Shown: positions 23,858-30,904 of the stretch, one piece after another
How positions within the stretch are numbered: position 1 is the stretch's first letter
How the letters are laid out: each line of letters opens with the position of its first letter
Assembly (NCBI RefSeq): GCF_006345805.1
Contig: NW_021832478.1
Location: 1-30,904 of the forward strand
Direction of reading: 5' to 3'
Length of the DNA stretch: 30,904 bases
From: Octopus sinensis
Taxonomy: Eukaryota
Notes under the pieces: model-generated
What the model was told of the DNA's origin: nothing
The model's database searches: none
What the model saw: only the letters and a program-made list of their open reading frames with translations
Made by a program: the position numbers and the translations under genes

Positions 23858-25114
23858 CAGGGGTTGAACAAAATAATGGGAACACCTTAAAATTTCAGAC
23901 AAATTTATTTTAATATGGGGTACGACCGCCTTTGGCAGTAATTACAGCTTGAATTCTACGAGGTATGGTCACGTACAAATTTTGAATTGTTTCCAAAGGA
24001 AGTTTGTCCATTCTTCAGCTAAAACAATCTTCAGTTCTTGTAGTGATGATGATGGAGGATATCGACTCCTTACTTGTATTTTTTTAATGTACCACAAATG
24101 TTCAATATTATTGAGATCTGGGGACTGTGGTGGCCATATAAGATATTCAACTTTACTAGAATGTTCCTCGTGCCATTCAACTTTAACTGTGTGAATTGGT
24201 GCGTTATCACCCTGAAAGATTGTGTTTCCCTCCCGAAACAGTTCCGCAACCATAGGATGAATTTGATCAGATAAAATTCTTAAATAGACTAGACTATTAA
24301 TTCTGCCATGAAGGGAAATCATTGGGCCGGCGGATTTCCAAGATATAGCCCCTCCCCATATCATCACAGATCCTCCTTAATGTTTAACAGTTGGAAGAAG
24401 GCAGTCTGTGTCAAATGCTTCTTTTGGCTGTCTCCACACGTATACTCGGCCGGTGGCCGGAAATAAGTTAAAGGATGACTCGTCCGATAAAATAACACTG
24501 CTCTAGGGACCAATTCCGTAGGTTTTTACTCCACTCTGAACGCTTTGCAGCGTTTGTTTTTTGAAAGCAGTAGTTTTCTGATTGCAGTCCTGTGAAATCC
24601 GGCTTTGTGCAATTCCCGGCGAACAGCTTTTGTCGGAACTGGTTTCTCGGGGTGGTCATTAAGCCCTGCAGTAATTTTGGGGGCTGTATTTTTGTGATTA
24701 TTTCAACAATTTGCATAAGAGTCCGACGGTCCCTATCTGAAAGTTTTGGTTTTCTTCGGAAGTTTTGTTTCGACGAGGATGTTTTTCCCGCTTTCTCAAA
24801 AGCAATCATAACTTTCGAAACAGTACTTCTTGATACATCAAACATTTCGGCTATTTTCGTTACGCTAGCGCCTTCCACACGAGAACCAACTATCTGACTT
24901 CTTTGAAAGTTCGATAGATCTGTCATTTTAATGAATTTTAATTACCTCTTTCTGAAAATATCTGAAAAGAAACAGCAATTTTAGCAAAACATATTAAATA
25001 ACATTAATAGTAAATCAAAAAGCATGAAAATAAACAAGCTTTTGACTGTTTTATAGATATTTCAAAATTATGATACTACGATGCTAGGTGTTTCCATTTT
25101 TTCTCCAGCCCCTG
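23858..25114 (-). mobile_element. Near-full-length Tc1-family DNA transposon (~1.26 kb)
   Basis: TIRs CAGGGGTTGAACAAAATAATGGGAACACC (23858-23886) and reverse complement CAGGGGCTGGAGAAAAAATGGAAACACC (25087-25114). TA immediately on the right, TG (probably a mutated TA) on the left. Encloses the transposase pseudogene. Confidence 0.95.
23910..24926 (-). pseudogene. Tc1-type DDE transposase, frameshifted
   Basis: MTDLSNFQRSQIVG (HTH region); ILSDESSF (first Asp, off-frame from the ORF call); MIWG; FQGDNAPIHT; WPPQSPDLNNIEHLW; C-terminus IPRRIQAVITAKGGRTPY* ending at 23910, with AATAAA immediately after. Confidence 0.93.
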
Positions 25115-25309
25115 TATATATCTTAGTTATTAGTTTCAGCTGGAGACCTGCAGCCATGCTGGGGCACTGACGTTACCTTTGCTACACTTTTATTACTTGA
25201 AACCATCTCTTATAGTGGGCATTTTGTGAATAACAAAGTTTCATGCAGCTCCCGAACCTTTAACGGGAGAAGATCAAGTTTTTTATCGACCTGAAGAAAA
25301 TACTAACTG

Positions 25310-25542
25310 TGTCCCACCTGCAAGGTCATGTGCTGTTTATCTTGATATGCGAACACTATGTTGCATACATATGGTTGTGATGCATGTGCCTAGTGTACCC
25401 TTATCAGACGGGTAGTCATGATGGGTATATTGGGCTTCGTATAATTGTACCCCAGTGTCCACCTTGATGGCATGCGCTGCTCTTACATTCAATACTACTA
25501 CTACTACTACTACTAATAATAATAATAATGATAATAATAATA
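25310..25542 (+). mobile_element. Probable 3' end of a retroposon with a (TAC/TAA)n tail
   Basis: Complex GC-richer segment ending ...ctcttacattcaa directly in a trinucleotide tail. It resembles an octopus interspersed repeat as I recall it, but is single-copy in this window. Confidence 0.4.
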
Positions 25543-25825
25543 GAAACACACGCAAACATATATATATCTGTACATACTTAGTCCAGTCGTCGAGGAGTGA
25601 TTTTAGTAAAAAGTCGAACTGGTGCGTGGTGCGTCGAACAATAGTCTGAGAACACACTCTGACCACGTAGCTACACTTTTTCTTCATATACGCGTCTTCA
25701 TTTCTTATTTTCTTATTCTCTCAGTTTCTCCCTCCCTCCCTCTCTCTCTAGTTCTCTCTCTCTCTCTCTCTAGTTCTCTTTCTTTCTCTCAACATATTTG
25801 TTTATCTTTTTATCTATCCATCTGT

Positions 25826-26208
25826 CTCTTTTACTCTTTTACTCTTTTACTTGTTTCAGTCATTTGACTGCGGCCATGCTGGAGCACCGCCTTTAGTCGA
25901 GTAAATCGACCCCGGGACTTATTCTTTGTAAGCCCAGGATTTATTCTATCGGTCACTTTTGCCGAACCGCTAAGAGACGGGGACGTAAACACACCAGCAT
26001 CGGTTGTCAAGTGATGCTAGGGGGACAAACACAGACACACAAACATATATATATATATATATACGACAGGCTACTTTCAGTTTCCGTCTACCAAATCCAC
26101 TCACAAGGCATTGCAGAAAACACTTGCCTAAGATGCCACGCTGTGGGACTGAACCTGAACCATGTGGTTGGTTAGCAAGCTACTTACCACACAGCCACTC
26201 CTGCGCCT
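25826..26208 (-). mobile_element. SINE family A, near-full-length copy with a short internal deletion
   Basis: Head AGGCGCAGGAGTGGCTGTGTGG, B box GGTTCAGTCCC, tandem tail (GTAAAAGA)x3. Lacks tttggtcggcccgaggc at ~26109. Confidence 0.93.
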
Positions 26209-26333
26209 ATCTAACTTTCTGTTAGCCTGTTTGTCTATGTTTTTCTCTCTTTCCATCTACCACTCTACGTCTCCATCTCCCAACATAATACACTAGTCTA
26301 TCTGTCCATTATTCATCTCCCTATAAATGTCAG

Positions 26334-26579
26334 ATATATATGTGTGTGTGTGTGTGTGTAGTTTTCTCTTTGTTTATTGATACGTCTCTATCAGTAAATA
26401 TATGCTTGTACGAATCTATGCACATGCACACACACATATATATGTATGTATATATGTATATATCATATATATATATATACATATATGTATGTATATACAC
26501 TATATATATATACATATATACATACACACTATATATATATATATATATAATATATATACATATGTATATATATATATAG

Positions 26580-26629
<50 letters not shown>

Positions 26630-26652
26630 GTTATATATTGTGTGTGTGTGTG
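26334..26652. repeat. (TA)n/(TG)n low-complexity block
   Basis: Direct inspection. Confidence 0.9.
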
Positions 26653-27238
26653 TACTTTTCTACAAATGTGTGGATGAATTTCCGTCACGGCATCCATTTC
26701 AATGGAGCTCTAGAATTGCTATAAGCACCGCAGCTATAACATCACATTGTATCAGTGCAATAAGCAAGCTTAACAATTAATATCTCCCATTAATGATAAT
26801 TATCAATGACAACTGAATCACTGCCATGAACTTCAAGAAAACTGGACAGCTTTAACCAAGTTCTCTCGCACTCCTTAATTCAACAAACTCGAAATCCTCC
26901 CTCTCTCTCTCTCTCTCTTGTTCTTTTTTACTCCTCTTATAGGCATATAAACTGTAGTTCCATATACATATATCTATAATGTGTGTAAAAGCGTACACAC
27001 CAACACACAGACACATACATACCCACCCACACATATACACACAAAAATATACACACACATAAAGATTTAGATATAAGACACACAGACATGTATGCATATA
27101 TGTATATATATGTATATATATATACGAATATATTTGTCTATGTGTGTATACACACATACGAATATATATATATGCATATATATATGTTTATAAATTATAT
27201 ATGTATATATAATTATATAATATATATATATATATATA

Positions 27239-27279
<41 letters not shown>

Positions 27280-28145
27280 ACGAAGCACAAGGGAGAAAAT
27301 AGTAGCATTTAGGATGGTCTTTTAAGAGCAGACTGAACAGATTTTTAAATCTGTATCGAGTGACCGATAATGCGCAATGATTGAAAATTTTATGGAAAAG
27401 TCTGAGTGGAGACACACACACACACACACAACACACAAACACACTCACTTGCATACAGGCATACACACCCAAACAGATATATTCACCATTAATGCCAAAA
27501 GTTTCAATGTTCTCGCAGTTTCTCTTCTCGTTTTTCTCTCTTCTCCTCTCGGTTTGACAAGCACTGACGCAACGTAAGCTTATTCTCGTACATATACACA
27601 AATGCATGCACACCCACACACACAAACTCATACATACACACATACACACAATTATATATACACACCACACTTAATGTCAGACAAAGAGAGAAATTAGATA
27701 GAGTGATAGAAACGTAGAAAGTTTGCTGGAAAGAAATTAATAAAAAAAAAAATCATAGTAACACAGTGCATAAAAGGAAAGAGTAACAGAAAGAAAGAAG
27801 TAAATAAGACAAAGAAAAAGAAGAAAGATGCGTAGAGAGAATAAAAGAGAGACAGGCTAACGAGGGGGGGGGATAAAATTGCGGTCGGGGTGTGCAGAGA
27901 AGGCGCTAGCTTACATTTAACGTCAATGAAAAAGCGCCTTATTAAATATAATGTATAATATATAAGATGGCCGACCGAAAAACATGCCAAGCAAGATGGC
28001 CGCTTGCGACGGTAAAATCGTCACAAACAATAACAATAATTATAGTTTATGAGCAATGACTGTGGCGTATTGGAACCACAATATGAAATCTAGCGTTGTC
28101 TACACGGCAATTAAACTGTCGTTGAATAAAAGGTTGCTTTCCCCG

Positions 28146-28161
28146 ATTATTATCATTATTA

Positions 28162-28198
<37 letters not shown>

Positions 28199-28218
28199 TA
28201 TCATTATTATTATTATTA

Positions 28219-28249
<31 letters not shown>

Positions 28250-28290
28250 AATTATCATCATCATTATCATTATGAAAACTACTACTACTG

Positions 28291-28350
<60 letters not shown>

Positions 28351-28530
28351 TTTATGTATTTTGCATTTAATGTATTGGCATTTTTATTTTTGTTTTTAAT
28401 TTTTTTCCCTCCGTTTTATAACCGATTATGATTGAAAAAATCTCAGGAGCGGCGATGGACGCTGTAATGGTATCATGTCAAAAACCTAGGATGTAGTTTT
28501 GCATTTTGCTATTTTTCGTTTATATTATTA

Positions 28531-28605
<75 letters not shown>

Positions 28606-28830
28606 TTCAAATCCTATCACAATTGATTTTTGTCATTTATCGCCCTTTTAGTCGAAAGAAACATTTAGCGTTAAGCTTTGATAAAAACAATGACGATGAT
28701 GATGATGATGATGATGATGAAGACGACGATGATGTCGATGATGATAATGATAATAGTGATAATGATTATGGTGATGGCCATCATCATCATCCTCGTCGTC
28801 ATCGTCATCATCATCATCATCATTATCATT
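28146..28830. repeat. (ATT)n, (ACT)n, (GAT)n and (CAT)n trinucleotide arrays
   Basis: Runs at 28146-28348, 28523-28602 and 28690-28833. Confidence 0.93.
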
Positions 28831-28869
28831 ATCATTTCCTTTTCATGTGTTTTTTCAAGTTCCCAAAAT

Positions 28870-29205
28870 ATTCAAATCGAATGTTGAAAACCTTCAGGTC
28901 AACTTGGTTATGTCAGTAAGCTCGATGTTTGAGACCCACATCAACTGACTGGTGCTAACAAAACCCAACGGGTCTCCATCTTTGATTCGTTGCAGATACT
29001 TAAAGAAAACTCTTTGTTTTATATATATATAAAAACGGTGACGGGAGAAGAAAACTGGATCAGCTATGGCAATGTGAAGTGGAAACAATCGTGGAAGAAG
29101 AGTGGCGAACTACCACAAGCAACCTGCACAAGAGGACTTCACTTGAAGTAGGATAAGCTTCCAATTTAGTGGGATTGGAAGGGTGTTGTCCTTTACGATC
29201 ATTTT
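28870..29205 (+). mobile_element. mariner transposase relic (central part)
   Basis: One frame reads QLGYVSKLDV*DPHQLT...QRVSIFDSL...VTGEENWISYGNVKWKQSW...GLHLK...*WDWKGVVLYD, matching the mariner WVPHEL, VTGDEKW and WWDWKG motifs. Ends where the Penelope-like element begins. Confidence 0.85.
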
Positions 29206-29940
29206 CCGTCGAGATATTTATATTTTTTAATGCGAACATGAGAAAAAATCTCGTTCAGGGAATTTTCGCGGTCTTTGTAAGCTCTTAAGATCTTTAAAAG
29301 ATATAGTTTTACGAAAGAACATATCAAATTTCTTTTTGGACCATTAATATAGGGTTTTAGTTTTGGAAAGGGTTTTCCATTTGATGTTGTAGTTAATCCT
29401 TTCGTTTTTAAGTTTTCAGATTAATGACGAGAGGGTTGTTGTATATCTCTTTTCACGGTGTCCAAATGTTGGAAGATAGCTGTTATGTCTGGATTTAAAT
29501 TTTTCTTCAACTGCTCCAATTTAATGCTTGATCTCTGCTCGACCGTTATAATAAATAGCTGATACCTATGCTTTGTGAACAACGGAGGACATTGCATTTC
29601 TGCCCTAAAGGACATTTAAGTGTATTTTTGAATGTGCATCCAAGGCAGGCTTGTGTGGTCAATTGCTTATTGATACAGGTCTAAAGAAACGGGGCGTGAA
29701 AAAGTAATTTAAATTGCGTGACTGTTAAAAATTGTTCAGTATTTATGGGTGCTACGAAAGTGAATATCTACGATCAGCAAGAATCTTCTGCCAACATTTA
29801 TCCTAACATTTAGGGGAAAAGGTTGGGTGCGAACCAATAAAACTTTACGAGATCTATTCTGAGTACTAGATGATTGAGAAGGTGGAGGGTTATGAAAGGG
29901 TTTATCAAAAACTACATCAATAAACTGCCTACGATTCACG
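29200..29940 (-). mobile_element. Penelope-like element relic (linker plus GIY-YIG endonuclease)
   Basis: ORF 29736..29939 NRSRKV...PFPLNVRINVGRRFLLIVDIHF..HKY*TIFN; then KCPLGQKC, SVVHKA, *IGAVEEKFKSRHNS, TTLSSLI*KLKNERINYNIKWKTL, NSLNEIFS. Confidence 0.85.
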
Positions 29941-30016
29941 CTTACCTTGGATGTGGGGGCAAAAATAAATCTAAATGACCTTTAGGGAAGGAATGCGATA
30001 TATTTGAAATCATTAT

Positions 30017-30180
30017 TTAGCATGTCGGGCAAAATGCTGAGTTCAAATTCTGCCGAGATCGACTTTGCCTTTCATCCTTTCGGGGTCGATAAATTAAGTA
30101 CCAGTGAAACACTGGGGTCGATGTAGTTGACTTATTCTCTCCCCCAAAATTTCAGGCCTTGTGTTTTTAACAGAAAAGAG
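30017..30180 (+). mobile_element. SINE family B, short variant with a (TGT/TAT)n tail
   Basis: B box GAGTTCAAATTC, core GACTTTGCCTTTCATCCTTTCGGGGTCGATAAATTAAGTACCAG, 3' end ...TTTCAGGCCTTGTG; same structure as 7861-8020. Confidence 0.88.
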
Positions 30181-30225
30181 TATTGTTGTTGTTGTTGTTG
30201 TTGTTGTTATTATTATTATTGTTAA

Positions 30226-30295
<70 letters not shown>

Positions 30296-30300
30296 ATTAC

Positions 30301-30540
30301 GGCGGCGAGCTGGCAGAAACGTTAGCACGCCGGGCGAAATGCTTAGCGGTACGTCGCCTGCCGTTACGTTCTGAGCTCATATTCCGCCGAGGTCGACTTT
30401 GCTTTTCATCCTTTCGGGGTCGATAAATTAAGTACCAGTTACGCACTGGATGTCGATGTAATCGACTTACTTCCTTTGTCTGTCCTTTTTTGTCCCCTCT
30501 GTGTTTAGCCCCTTGTGGGCAATAAAGAAATAAGAAAAGA
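30301..30540 (+). mobile_element. SINE family B, full-length copy embedded in (ATT)n
   Basis: GGCGGCGAGCTGGCAGAAACG head, same core, 3' ...GCCCCTTGTGGGCAATAAAGAAAT. (ATT)n on both sides (30207-30294 and 30540-30600). Confidence 0.93.
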
Positions 30541-30564
30541 TTATTATTATTATTATTATTATTA

Positions 30565-30600
<36 letters not shown>

Positions 30601-30630
30601 GTAGTAGTAGTAGTAGTAGTAGTAGTAGCT

Positions 30631-30663
<33 letters not shown>

Positions 30664-30755
30664 ATAGTAGTAGTAGCAGCAGCAGCAGTTGTAGTGGTAA
30701 CAGTAGCATCATCATCATCATCATCAGTAGTAGTAGTTGTTGTTGTTGTTGTTGT
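30540..30755. repeat. Compound trinucleotide array (ATT)(AGT)(AGC)(CAT)(GTT)
   Basis: Direct inspection. Confidence 0.95.
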
Positions 30756-30904
30756 GACTTGTACACTTTTGACAATCGTAGTAAAATGAGGAAACAAGAG
30801 CAAAAGCTACTTATGGTTATTATGATGATGATCATGGTGATAAAGACAATGAACACACCAACGACTACATCGACACTAGCATTACTGATAACAATATCAT
30901 GTAA

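Overview
This is AT-rich eukaryotic non-coding DNA, dense in microsatellites and transposon relics. The repeat repertoire resembles coleoid cephalopod (Octopus-like) DNA, which is an inference from recalled repeat families. I find no supportable host protein-coding gene, tRNA, rRNA or CRISPR array, and most listed ORFs are translations of (TA)n, (CA)n, (GAT)n and similar repeats. What the sequence supports: (i) two tRNA-derived SINE families (called A and B here) in several copies each; (ii) decayed non-LTR elements, namely a Tx1/L1-like LINE with a large internal deletion, an RTE-like LINE split by two SINEs, and two Penelope-like GIY-YIG relics; (iii) DNA transposons, namely a near-full-length Tc1 element with TIRs, two further Tc1 relics, a mariner relic and a hAT-type MITE with an 8-bp TSD; (iv) a degenerate minimal hammerhead-like motif; (v) two unique islands rich in YY1/ETS-like motifs. 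I see no convincing new biological system. The most interesting signals are an apparent SINE-B/Tx1-LINE 3'-end partnership tied to (ATT)n tracts, and a stem-loop module shared by both SINE families. All alignments and translations were done by eye, so boundaries of decayed elements are approximate.
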